A DNA stretch of 48,663 bases. It comes from Elsinoe ampelina. Taxonomy: Eukaryota. The position numbers were made by a program, and so were the translations under genes. Shown here in pieces: positions 10,805-23,700 of the stretch (positions are counted from its first letter, which is position 1; each line of letters starts with the position of its first letter). The notes beneath the pieces are model-generated. The model worked only from the letters and a program-made list of their open reading frames with translations. It searched no databases and had not been told where the DNA came from. The stretch spans positions 2,634,790-2,683,452 of the forward strand of contig ML992501.1 in the NCBI GenBank assembly GCA_010093995.1. Reading direction: 5' to 3'.

Positions 10805-11663
10805 AGTAGGGGATAGTAATTCTTCCTAGTAAGTGTATTAAGTTTCTAGTAATTAATATATATTTATAATATTCTATTCTTTTTTAGTACAAAAAGCACT
10901 CTATACGTAATAGGTAATTTTAATAGTTATATAAATCCTTTAAGTAAGTACTTGTCGATATAGTTCTTAAGGATATTCTCCTCTTATTTTAATAGTAGTA
11001 TAAGACCTTAATAGTGTATTAGGGATTTACCCTCTTTAAAAGGTATTTTGTAATTCTATAGTTTATGTTAGAGTAAGGCTATAATACCTTTCCTTTCTTT
11101 AAATAAGTCCTTAAAGTCTTTATATTCTAGCGGAAGTACTTAATTACTTACGCTAGCAATAGCCCTAACTATTAGTTATACCTATACTGTCTTTATAGTT
11201 AGTATCCGTAGAGCTAATTATACTCCCTATGTTCTATAATTATACCTAGGGAATTTAAGTATTTCTTTAATCTAGTCTACGTCTAGATTATATTACTAAA
11301 GCTAGTCTATACTAAGTACTATATTATACTATATGTCTACTATATCAATTAATTATTTTTCTATATATATTTTGATTTTAATAGTAACGTTTTATAGTTC
11401 CTAAGTAACTTTTCTATTCTTTCCTATAGGGGTTCTATCTACTATAGTAAGTAGGTAAGGTAACTCCTTCTAATGTTAATAAGGTTTAAGCTAATTAGTA
11501 ACTATAGTAGAGACGTAGCTATAGTTAGCTCCTAAATCTATTATTACTCTTACCTTATTTCCTTATATCTAGACTTCTAGTATAAAGTAGTTTAACGTGT
11601 AGATCTTTATTATACTAAGGCTTTAGCTAGTGTTATTATCTTACCTCGTTAGGTAATAACTAG

Positions 11664-13750
11664 CTAGTTTTTTATTATTATAGCTCCTTAGATAAGTAGC
11701 TAATCCCTTCCTACACATATCTACTATTAGTACTATATCTATTAGGCAAGTCGCGTCTTATTATTATTTAATATAGTAAGGTAGACTTCTAGCGCTTAAG
11801 TTCCTTAGTAACTATAAAGTCTAATAATTCTCTACTAGTTATACTAAGTAGTATCGTATACCTATATTAGTATAACTATTCCTTCTAGGTATAGCTAGGC
11901 ATTAGTATTAAAGACAAAAGCAAGTTACGTAGATTTATCTTATTATATCCTATTCTAGTAGTAGATATATATTATTATATAATTCCTCTATATTCCTATA
12001 AGGTATGCCTTAAGTCGTCTACCTAGTAGTAGTACGTTATTATTATTATTAAATAAGTCTTTATCTATGTTATTATAGTATAGTTATTTAGTATATTCTT
12101 CGTTATATTCCTCTTTATCGCTACTACCCCTAGTATAGTTATAGTTAGTAAGGCTATACTAAGTATATTCTTGTATTTAGCTATAGGGAATAGTACTACC
12201 TATTTCGATTACTAAGAAGTCTATAGTGTATTTAAGACTAATAGCCTCTTCTCTAAGTACATTATATAAGTAGATAGTATAGTACTATTTGCAATCTAGA
12301 TTTGTATATTTCTAGAGTAATATATAATATACCTTTCCTTGTAGTTCGCTATAAAGGCTAAAGGTAAGGCTACTATATTATTATATAGCACTCGCGTCCT
12401 AATACTTTATCTCGATAATCGTATATTAGTAATTGTTACTAACTACCTTCTAGAGTTAGTTAATGTTACTACTAATTATAGAGAGCCTTTCTAGGTTAGG
12501 TTCCTAGTCTAGCTATTTCGTTAGTTGCCTACGCTTAGATAGCTTATATAGAAACTAACTAGATCCCTACTTGTCTAATAAGTAAATATAATAAGAGTTA
12601 TTATAATATACTATCTATAATAGCGTTGCATATTAGCTTTATTGTTTGCTATTAGTTATAGAGATATTAAGCGTAACATCCGGAGAGAATTCTATTGTCT
12701 CTTAAGTCGTTATAGACTTCTTCTATGTTTCCTTACCTACGCTAAAGGTTGTTAGGTCTTCTATAGTAGTGTCGGCCTTTTTTTTTCTACTAGCCTAGTA
12801 ACTATTATATATAATCCATTAGCTAGCGCTCTCTATCGGTAGTCTCTAGCCTAATACCTAGGTCTTTTATACTTAAAATATAGGTTGTCTCGTCTATACT
12901 TCTCTCTCTCTTTTCTACTAAGGAACTTTCCTCTATAGCTATAGCCTTATACCTATAAGAGGTAGCTCTCGTATATAGCGTTAAGTTCTATAGAGTCTCT
13001 ATAGTTTCGGGAGAAATACGTATATCTAGTATTTACCTTATATCCTCTATAACGTTCTATACGTCGTTTATAAAGTCTATTATTAATAGTAATTATAGTG
13101 TCTACTAATTCCTAAAGGCTGTTAGGCGGCTTAGGTATTATCTAGTCTTTAACTAAGTCGCTTAGCCCTTAGTAGAACGCTAAGTGTTTAGTACTATTGT
13201 CCTAGTCTAGGTGTATTACAAGTTATTAGAACTAGAAATAGTATTAGGCTATAGACCTATATTGTTGTAGTTATTAGATCTTTGTCGCGGCGATATGTTC
13301 TTTATTAGATACGTTAAAGACTTACTTAATCTTTAACTAAAAGATGTTAAAGCTCTTAAAGATAGCCTTTATATCTAGGCTTAGTTATCTATCTAGGTAG
13401 CTACTTATATAAGGCTTAAACTACCTAAAGGTAGCGCCTTTAAGGTGTATTCCGGCATAGAGGACTTTTACTATGTTATTAGCGTACTTATCTCTCTCTA
13501 GAGCGAAGAAGGCTTTAAGTTAAACAAGGAAGCGCCTTAAGTAGGCGCGGTCCCTATAGAAGAGTTCTACCTCTAACTTAGGCTTACCTTGTTCTTCCTC
13601 TATACTAAGAGACCTTCGGTGTTTGCCTAAGAATAAACTAGTAGTAGATATGTTATTAATAGTAAGCTTTCCTAGCTTACTAGCGATCGAAGATGCTAAT
13701 AGTAACTTAGAGCAAGAGTTACTTATTAACCTTGTAGCGTGCTATACTAT
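11664..13750 (-). pseudogene. gag of A2
   Basis: Reverse complement of A1 gag. Ends AAA AAC TAG at 11672-11664. Confidence 0.8.
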
Positions 13751-13767
13751 AGTAAGAGTAGTTAAAA

Positions 13768-14230
13768 TATTACGAACTATTTAAATATAGTCTACGCTAG
13801 TAGTCTAAGCTAAGCTAAGAACGAGGTAGTTCTACTTCTATAGTAGTATAGCACTAAGATAAGAGTTGGAGAAGGTATGTCTTATAGATAATAAAGTACA
13901 ATTAGATAGTATTATAAAGGCTAGCCTTAGCAATACTAGTGTTTACTATCTAGATAAGGTTAACTATAGTACTTATATAAGGTAAGGACTATTCCTATAT
14001 ATATATATTCTCTATTGCGTTCTCTATATGCTCTATATGCTCTATAGCGAGAGTCGGGGGCAGTATAGAGTATATGTCCGCTAGTAACCTATATGCTCTA
14101 TAGCTTTAGGGGTAGAGCCGCTAGAGAAGATAGAGAACCGGGTAAATGTCGAGCCGGGTCACGTGATAACCTTAGCAGTTTAATTGGTCCTAATGTCCCT
14201 ACGCTCTAGCTGTCCTACTAGTTCGTAACA
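13768..14230 (-). repeat. 5' LTR of A2 (least RIP-damaged copy of LTR A)
   Basis: 463 bp. Retains CCGGGTAA (14138-14145), GTCACGTGA (14158-14166) and ATTGG (14183-14187). Confidence 0.95.
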
Positions 14231-15972
14231 ATAAGTAGCTACCTAGATAGGTAACTAAACTTAGATATAAAGGCTATCTTTAAGAGCTTTAGTATCTTCT
14301 AGGCGAAGATTAAGTAGGTCTTTAACGTATCTAATAAAGAATATATCGCTATAACAAAGATCTAACAACTATAATAATATAGGTCTATAGCCTAGTACTA
14401 TTCCTAGTTCTAATAACTCGTAATACACCTAGACTAGGATAATAGCGCTAAACACTTAGTATTCTACTAAGGGCTAAGCGACTTAGTTAAAGACTAGATA
14501 ATACCTAAGCTACCTAATAGCCTTTAGAAATTAGTAGATAATATAATTACTATTAATAATAGACTTTATAAACGACATATAGAACGTTATAGAGGATATA
14601 AGGTAAATACTAGATATATACGTTTCTCTCGAAACTATAGAGACTCTATAGAACTTAATACTATACGCGAAGGCTACCTCTTATAGGTATAAGGCTAAGG
14701 CTATAGAGGGAAGTTCCTTAGTAGAAAAGAGAGAGAGAAGTATAGATAAGACAATTTATATTTTAAGTATAAAAGACCTAAGTATCGGGCTAGGAACTAC
14801 TAATAAGAGGCGCTAGCTAATAGATTATATATAATAGTTACTAGGCTAGTAGAAAAAAAGGCCAATACTACTATAGAAGACCTAACGATCTTTAGTATAG
14901 GTAAGGAAATACAAAAGAAGTCTACGACAACTCGAGAGGTAATAGAACTCTCTTTAGATATTACGCTTAATATCTCTATAACTAATAGTAAATAACAAAG
15001 CTAATACATAACGCTATTATAGATAGTATATTATAATAACTCTTGTTATATTTACTTATTAGACAAGTAGGAATTTAGTTAGTTTCTATATAAGCTATCT
15101 AAGTATAGATAACTAATAAAATAGCTAGACTAGAGACCCGACCTAGAAGAGCTCTCTATAATTAGTAATAACATTAACTAACTCTAGAGAGTAGTTAGCG
15201 ACAATTACTAATATACAATTATTAAGATAAAGTATTAGGACGCAAGTGCTATATAATAATATAGTAGTCTTACCTTTAGCCCTTATAGTAAACTATAGAG
15301 AAAGGTATATTATATGTTACTCTAGAAATATATAAATCTAAATTACAAATAGTACTATACTATCTACTTATATAATATACTTAGAGAGAAAGCTATTAGT
15401 CTTAAATATACTATAGACTTCTTAGTAATTAAGATAGGTAGTACTATTCCCTATAGCTAAGTATAAGAGTGTACTTAGTATAGCCTTACTAACTATAACT
15501 ATACTAGGGGTAGTAGCGACAAAGAGAAATATAATAAAGAATACACCGAATAACTATACTATAATAACATAGATAAAGACTTATCTAATAACAACAACAA
15601 CAATAATAACGTACTACTACTAGGCAGACAACTTAAGGCATATCTTATAGAGATATAGAGAAATTATATAATAATATATACCTACTACTAGAATAGGACA
15701 TAATAAGATAAATTTACATAACTTACCTTTGTCTTTAATACTAACGCCTAGCTACACCTAGAAGGAATAGTTATACTAATATAGGTATATAATACTACTT
15801 AGTATAACTAGTAGAGAATTATTAGACTTTATAGTTACTAAGGAACTTAAGCGCTAGAAGTCTACCTTACTATATTAAACAATAATAAGACACGACTTGC
15901 CTAATAGATATAGTACTAATAGTAGATACGTATAGGAAGGGATTAGCTACTTATCTAAGGAGCTATAATGAT

Positions 15973-18900
15973 AAAAAACTAACTAGTTATTACCTAATAA
16001 GGTAAGATAATAACACTAGCTAAAGCCTTAGTATAATAGAGATCTATATATTAAATTACTTTATACTAGAAGTCTAGATATAAGGAAATAAGGTAAGAGC
16101 AATAATAGATTTAAGAGCTAACTATAGCTACGTCTCTATAACAGTTACTAATTAGCTTAAACCTTATTAATACTATAAGGAGTTACCTTACCTACTTACT
16201 ATAGTAGATAGAACCCCTATAGGAAAGAATAGGAAAGTTACTTAGGAACTATAAAACGTTATAATTAGAATTAAAACACATATAGAAAAACGATTAATTA
16301 ATATAGTAGATATATAGTACAATATAGTACTTAGTATAGACTAGCTTTAGTAATATAATCTAGATATAGACTAGATTAAAGAAACACTTGAATTCCCTAG
16401 GTATAATTATAAGATGTAGAAAGTATAATTAGCTCTATAGATACTAACTATAAGAATAGTATAGGTACGACTAATAGTTAGGGCTATCGCTAGCGTAAGT
16501 AACTAAGTACTTCTACTAGAATATAAAGACTTTAAGGACTTATTTAAAGAAAGGGAAAGTATTATAGCCTTACTCTAATATAAACTATAGAATTACAAAA
16601 TACCTTTTAAAGAGAGTAAATCCCTAATATACTATTAAGGTCTTATACTACTATTAAAATAGAAGAAGAATGTCCTTAAGAACTATATCGACAAGTACTT
16701 ACTTAAAGGATTTATATAACTATTAAAATTACCTATTACGTATAGAGTACTTTTTACACCTAAGAAGGATAGAACGTTATAAATATATATTAATTACTAG
16801 AAACTTAATACACTTACTAGGAAGAATCGCTATCTCTTACTAAGGATTAATAAACTTTAAGACTAACTACTTAGAGCTAAATAGTTTACTATAATTAATA
16901 TTAGAGATGCCTATTATTAAGTATAGATAAAGGAGAGTAAGGAGTAGAAAACAGCTTTTAGGATATAATAGAGTTTATATAAATACCTTATTATACCCTT
17001 TAGGTTAACTAATACTCCTATAACCTTCTAAGAGTTAATTAATAATACTCTATAAGAATACCTTAATAACTTTATCTTAGCATATTTAGACAATATTATT
17101 ATTTTTTTAAAGACGTATAACAAATATATAAGACATATTTATAAAGTACTATAGAAACTAAAAGAGAAAGACCTACTAGTAAAACTCTCTAAGTATAAGT
17201 TCTATAAGTATAAGATACAATTTCTAGGCTATGTTATATCTACTAATAGTATTAGACCTAATCCGAAGAAGATTAAGTTAGTAAATAACTAGCTAGAACC
17301 TACTATAGTTAAGGAGGTATAAGTACTACTAGGATTCTTTAACTACTATTATAAGTTTGTTAAAGGATTCTCTAAGGTAGCTACGCTAATATCTAACTTT
17401 ACAAAGAAAGAAACTAGCTTTATCTTTAATAAAAAATGTAGGTAGGCCTTTAAGGAGCTAAAGCTTAGACTTATAATAGCACCTGTTCTAGTACTCTTTA
17501 ACTTAGACTAATAAGCACTACTAGAAATAAATGCCTTAGACTTTATAATAGAAGTATATCTAGCGTAGAAGGACGTAGAAGAACGACGCTACTTAATTAT
17601 ATACTACTTACGAAAAATGACCGGACCTAAACTTAACTACAACATATATAATAAGGAATTACTTACGATAGTAGAGGCATTCTATAAGTAGAGAGTATAC
17701 CTAGAGGGAATAACCTTACTAGTATAAGTCTATACCGACTATAAGAACCTTCTATATTAGACAACTACTAAGGTTCTTAATAGACAATAGGTTCGATAGT
17801 TAGAAACACTTATAAGCTATAACTTCTAGATCTACTATATTAAGGGATTAGAGAATAGCGAAGTAGACGCTCTTAGCTACTAGCTAGATTACTTAAAAAA
17901 CATAACAATAATAGAGGCCTCTATACTAAAGTAGTAGAATAGCGCTCTAGTCTATAAGTACCTAAAGGTAAAGCAGTTATATAGCCTTACCTAGGAGCTT
18001 ATATAAGAATAGAAACAAGAAGTTATTTAAATATACTATAATAACCTAATAGTAGAACATAGTAGGATTAATAAGACTATTAAGCTTATTATATAAAACT
18101 ATCTATAAAAAGGACTCTAAAACGACGTTAAGACGTATATTACTATATACGATACATACTATAAGTCTAAGCACTTACGACATAAGCTATATAGCCTACT
18201 ATAACCCTTACTACTACCTAATAAACTATAGTAATTAGTTACGATAGACTTTATAGGACTCTTACTACTATTAGAAGAGCCTCTTATAGGTATAAAGTAT
18301 AATAGTATTCTAGTCCTAGTAGATAGGTTTACGAAGTATTACTACTTTATACTATATAAGACAATAGTAACTACCGAGGATATAGTCTTTATCTTTCTCC
18401 GAATAATTGTTTTATAACATAGAGTACTACGAGACCTAATAACTAATAGAGACAAGTTATTTATATTACAATTCTAGTAATTATTTATAGACCTACTAGG
18501 AGTTAAACATAAACTATTAACCTTCTTTTATCTATAAACGGACGGACAAACAGAATAGGCAAATTAAGTACTAGAATAGTACCTATAATACTACCTAAAC
18601 TATAAGCAAGACTTATAGGTAACGCTACTACTACTTATAGAACTTGCTATTAATAATAGAAAATTAGTAAATAGAGTTTTACTATTCTACGTAAACTATA
18701 GAATATACCTAGATCTATACTATAACACACTCGGAATTAAGCTAATATTTAAGGATATAAATATACTAGTAGCTAATATTAAGAAGCTATATAACTAGCT
18801 ATACTACGATATAGCATTTATATTATAAAGGATAGTAGAGTTTACTAACTACAAAAGAATTATAGGACTAATTCTAAGAGAGAGAGAGAAGATTTATCTC

Positions 18901-19371
18901 CTTAGTAAGAATATTAAGACTAAAAGACTAAGTAAGAAACTAGACTATACTAAGCTAGGACCTTTTAAAATCCTAGAAAAGAAAAACAAGAAAGTATATA
19001 AACTAGAGCTACTAAGACATATAAGGATCTATCTAGTCTTTTATATATTACTACTAGAGAAAGTACTATAGAATACTATACCTAGACCTATCGAACTAGA
19101 TAAAGAAACATAGGAGCTATAGTATAAGATAGAAAGAGTTTTATATTATAAACTTATAAAAGAGAAACACTACTATCTTATTTACTAGAAGGGATATTAG
19201 TATAGCGAAGTAATATAGAAACTAGAGAAGTACTTTACCTTATAAGTAATTCTAGATTACTAGATTAAGAACCTATCCTAAGTAAACTAACTAGATAGAC
19301 CTAGTACTCTTAATACTAAACAAAAACAAGAATACCTAAGGAAGATTACTTAAGTAATAGAAGTACCTTAA
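15973..19371 (+). pseudogene. pol of A1 (PR-RT-RH-IN-chromodomain)
   Basis: A(M)ID(SG)AN ~16099; (C)I(D)Y(R)KLN ~16786; AYLD(D)II ~17080; E(TD)A(S)D ~17524; NY(D)I(HD)KELL ~17635; T(M)DFIG 18241; TDGQTE 18538; chromodomain Y(E)IERVL..YLI(HW)KGY..(TWEP)E at 19123-19227. The end is approximate. Confidence 0.9.
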
Positions 19372-19898
19372 TCGTTGCTAAATAAAGAACTCTAATCGGA
19401 GTTAGGCATAAATAATTACTAGTCCTATAGAAGGACGGGATCTACTAACGATAGTATTTTCTCCTACTCTAAGACTTAAATATAGGTCTCCTCTAGAGAG
19501 ATTACTTTCTCTACCTTATTCTCTAATTTCTATATCTCTTTATATAGGTAAAGCTTATTACCTATAGCTCTTTAACGAGCCTCTTTTACCTTTTTATAAG
19601 CCTCTTTAGCTTCCTTTCTAGTAGCCTTAGCTATAACTAATTCCTTTCGTAAATAAATATACTTAGACTAGAGATACTACTATTCTAACTTTGTTACCTA
19701 AATATTATAACTTAAGTAGTTACTTACAACATACTAGCTATAGATACCCGACCGAATATAGACCTTATAGTCTAGCCCCTTCGATTTATAATAAGAATAA
19801 GCCTATAGCATGTTAGTTCTAAATAGTTTAATAAACTCTAAGAGATTCTTTCGTGCAGATATACTAGATTTACTATGCCTTTAACGACTAGGAGGTAT
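19350..19898 (-). pseudogene. Antisense accessory ORF of A1 (copy of 1561-2109)
   Basis: Colinear reverse complement with no indel. It keeps ancestral codons lost in A2 (CGT, CAT, GCA, ATG, CGG). The putative Cys motif is at 19707-19799. Confidence 0.6.
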
Positions 19899-19972
19899 AT
19901 TTAGTACATAGCGCGTAAAGATAAAAAAGAATACTTACTCGTTAGAACAACTTAATTAAAGGAGAAAAGTAA

Positions 19973-20435
19973 TGTTATAAACTAGTAGGATAGCTAGAGC
20001 ATAGAGACGTTAGGACTAATTAAGCTACTAAGGTTATTATATAACCTAGCCTAATATTTACCTAGTTCTCTATCTTCTCTAGTAGCTCTACCTCTAAAAC
20101 TATAGAGTATATAGGTTACTAGTAGACGTATACTTTATATTACTCCCGACTCTCGCTATAGAGTATATAGAGCATATAGAGAATACAATAGAGAATATAT
20201 ATATATAGGAATAGTCCTTACCTTATATAAGTACTATAGTTAACCTCGTCTAGATAGCGAACACTAGTATTACTAAGGCTAGCCTTTATAATACTATCTA
20301 ATTGTACTTTATTATCTATAAGACATATCTTCTCTAACTCTTACCTTAGTACTATACTACTATAGAAGTAGAACTACCTCGTTCTTAGCTTAGCTTAGAC
20401 TACTAGTGTAGACTATATTTAGACGGTTTATGACA
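19973..20435 (+). repeat. 3' LTR of A1
   Basis: TGTTATAA...TGACA, followed by TSD ATTAC. Confidence 0.95.
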
Positions 20436-20512
20436 ATTACTCTATTCTTGCTATAGGTTAAGAATAATAATATAGATACTACTACTGCCCTATAGACTAG
20501 TATAATAATATT

Positions 20513-20715
20513 TATTAAGAATATAGCTCTCTCTAGATAATTAGGCTATAAAGTTATATAACTTTAAGTTATGTAATGCTAAGGCCTAGGGATTTATAGC
20601 TGTTCTTTCTTCTAGTAGATAGACTTCTTTTAATTAATTAACTCGTCTATTACCTAACTAGTGTGCAATTAGTTCTATATAATATTCTACTCCTAAACGT
20701 GCCTTCTACTTAACA
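20513..20715 (+). repeat. 5' LTR of C
   Basis: T(G>A)TT...TAACA. Direct repeat of 25623-25825. Confidence 0.93.
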
Positions 20716-20727
20716 GGTTATAAGCCC
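20716..20727 (+). other. Primer-binding site of C, Ty5/copia half-tRNAiMet type
   Basis: GGTTATAAGCCC, the RIP form of GGTTATGAGCCC, which is complementary to the initiator tRNA-Met anticodon stem-loop. It lies immediately after the LTR. Confidence 0.8.
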
Positions 20728-23700
20728 GGAGCTATAGCACAAGTATAGAATTATATATACCGTAGTTAAGTATCTACGTTATTAAAATTAAGCCGGATTC
20801 TATTAGTATTCTCCTCTGTTTCCTCTCTATTATCTTAATCCTAGACAGATTAGTAGAGGTAGTATAAAGCGTAAAAGACTAGTTACTTAGTGCATTAAGT
20901 AGAATATAATTAAGACGTCTACTATAGATTCATTTCTGTAATTGTATAACAGCTGCTATTTATTAGCTATAAACAACTAAACAACTTTATTTTTATTAAT
21001 TGTTCCTTCTAAGGCTAAGCTAGCCTTATTAACTATATTAACTTAAAGGTTATTAACCTCTAGAACTTAACCTTTATTTATTTATTTATAAAGTTCTTTT
21101 CTACTCTAGAACTTATCTTTAGCTATAGAAAATAATAACACCTAATTAAGGCAGCTAGTGTCTATACTCTCTAAAGATAACTATAAGAAGTAGTTCTAAT
21201 AAATAGAGCTCTAGCTTATATTAAAGAAGGTATTATAGACTCTTACTTCCCTTACTAAACTATTAGTAATAACTCTAGGGTTATTATTAACTTCCTTATT
21301 TAACTCCTAGTATTCTCCTCTATTAGTAGAGGAGAATAGTACTACCCTTTACTAGATCTATAGATATATCTCTAAGAGAGATTAAGAGATAATTTAGGAA
21401 TAGTAGTAGGCTAAACTAGCTTAGGAGAAGCTAAAGAGTAAGTATATAAAGTAGACAGGTATATAGGTAAGACAACTTTAGAAAGAGTTTATAATATATA
21501 CTATAGGTAATAATATAACTATCTTAGATGCCTAGTTATACCTAACTATATTAGGAAGGAGAATTAATAGATCTTTAGAGATTAAGTAATACTCCTTACT
21601 AATAATAAGAATTTAGAGACTACTTAGTACTCTTCTAGCTTTATAGTTAACTATAAGAGATGCCTTAGATACTTAACTATACCTTAGTATAGATAAGATC
21701 TATAACATTCTTAAAGAAAAGAAAGTATAGAAAGGAGAAGAGGAATCTACTATATTTATAAGAGGTAGACTATAACAAGGAACTAGTAGAAGCTTAAGCT
21801 ATATATACATCTTATATAAGGAACCTAGATATACTATTTCTAGGTGTCCTTATCTCTAATAAGCTAAGAAGTATATCTAGCTATCTTATAGAGTTACTAA
21901 AAGAAGTAGCTCTATAAGGAAATAGTTACCTAAACGTTAGAAACTAATTAGACTTATAAGGTAGCTTACTAAGAGGATAGACTCTCTTAAAGTAGCTAAG
22001 TTAAAGAGGAAAGATAAAGCCTATCTAGCTACTAAAGGAGGTCTACTATTAATATCTCTATCTCTACTACTAGAAGTTCTTTCTAGTAATAAAGAGCTTA
22101 AGACTATAGGTTCTACATTAGAGGTTTAAGGTAAGCTTCTATACTATTAGTAGATACTTAACTCTAGAGTATCTAACTATATAATAGATAAGCTAACTCT
22201 CTTTAGGGGCCTATTAAGTAAGATTTATACTTAATAGATCTAGGTTAGGGGGGGTTACCTTTAGTTATAGTTAATAGGAACTATAGTTATTAAGACTAAG
22301 AAGGGAGATAAGATAAAGATATAAGCTCTTTATATACCTAATCTTAGTGTAAATTTAGTCTTCTATTATAAGCTATACTTAGATTTAGGGGTTTCTAGAG
22401 TTCTTAATTTAAATTCTTTTCTTATTCTTAATTAGTAGAAGCGACTATTACTTAAAGCTAAAATTTAAAGGGGGGTATATATTATCTAATCCCTCTTTAA
22501 GTAATTAGCTAATTAAAAGCTATATTCTAGATCTAAGCCTAGCTTAATTCTAGATCTAGCTAATTAGGATTTAGTATTCCTTACTACCTAGCTTATAATT
22601 ATATTATAGACTAAGTATATATATCTAACCTAGGATAAGTAATAAGAGGATCTTATTAACTTAGGACCTAATAACTCTAAGATAGAGTATTAGCTCTAGT
22701 ATAGGAGATTTACTTACCTTAGAATTAAGAAGCTTAGGGATCTTTATAAAGTTATAACTCTTAAGAAACCTATTAACCTAAACTATAATCTGTCTATTCT
22801 ATATAAGGTCTATTCCCTTACTAAGATAAGGAATAGAAGAGGTAAAACCTTATAGAGAAGACTAGAGGTTCTTTAGCTTATCTATACTAATATCTATAGC
22901 CTAATTAAAGCAAGTAGAGAAGGATTTAAATACTTCCTTAAGCTTATAGATAGCTACTTAAGGATAATATAGATTATACTACTTAAGATAAGAAACAAAG
23001 CTCTAAAAAGGCTTATTAAGTAGAAGCTAAGGGTTAAGAAGGAGAGTAATACTAAGGTTAAGGTTACTAGATTAGATAATGCTAGTAAACTTAATAAGAT
23101 CCTAAAGTAGTAGAAGCGCTAAGAAGGTATCTATTATATAACTACTAAGCTATATAATTTAATTTAGAATAGACTAGTAGAGAAAGGCATCTAAACCTTA
23201 GAGAATAGTATAAGAGCAATACTTAAGGACTTAAAGATGCTAAATAAGTTCTAGCCTAAAGTAGTTTAGGTAGATATATATCTAAGGAATAGGATAGTAA
23301 CTAGACCTATAATTAATAATAAGTAAGTTACATCTATTAAGGCCTATATAGGCATTAAGCTATTAGTTAATTATATTAGGGTCTAGAGCTATAAGGTATA
23401 TACCTATATAAACCTAAAGTTCCTTCCTATATATAGAAGAAAAGATAAGCTTATAGATAGAGAGAGAGTAAGAGTATTTCTTAGCTATATAGATAGAACT
23501 AATAGGATATATAAGATATAGGCACCTAATAGGAAGGCAGTAATTATATTACTAAATGTTAAATTCTCTAAGTTTAAAAAAGGTAGTAATATTAATCTTA
23601 GTATTAGAATTAATACTATAAGCAATTAAGCACTAGTTAGAAGACTAGTTAGTAGACTAACTTAGATTTAGACTAAGGTTAGATCTAGAATAGACTAACT

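Larger units (their letters stand above)
2090..11673 (-). pseudogene. pol of A2 (PR-RT-RH-IN-chromodomain), split by element B inside RT
   Basis: Reverse complement of A1 pol. B sits inside the N-R-Y-P-L-P-R-I-D-E-L motif of RT. Ends are approximate. Confidence 0.85.
1024..14230 (-). mobile_element. Ty3/Gypsy chromovirus A2 (same family as A1), inserted in inverted orientation into A1 gag; interrupted by B
   Basis: LTRs at 1024-1486 and 13768-14230. TSD ATAAG at 1019-1023 and 14231-14235. The internal sequence is the reverse complement of A1, and A1 gag resumes exactly after the TSD. Confidence 0.95.
677..15982 (+). pseudogene. gag of A1 (677-1023 joined to 14236-15982), RIP-degenerated
   Basis: Putative ATG>ATA at 677 is in frame with KPKLEVEPFYGDR-like and DPMELD motifs. 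A CCHC knuckle lies at ~14759-14800. The frame ends AAA AAC TAA at 15974-15982. Confidence 0.8.
197..20435 (+). mobile_element. Ty3/Gypsy chromovirus A1 (Skippy/Pyret-like), full length, RIP-inactivated, interrupted by A2
   Basis: 463-bp direct LTRs at 197-659 and 19973-20435. TSD ATTAC at 192-196 and 20436-20440. Polypurine tract at 19958-19972. Domain order is gag-PR-RT-RH-IN-chromodomain. Confidence 0.95.

Noticed and set aside
14853..14860. A AAA AAG as the gag-pol frameshift site of family A
   Set aside because: The gag frame continues past it with recognisable motifs. The A AAA AAC plus stop at 15973-15982 fits the frame change better.
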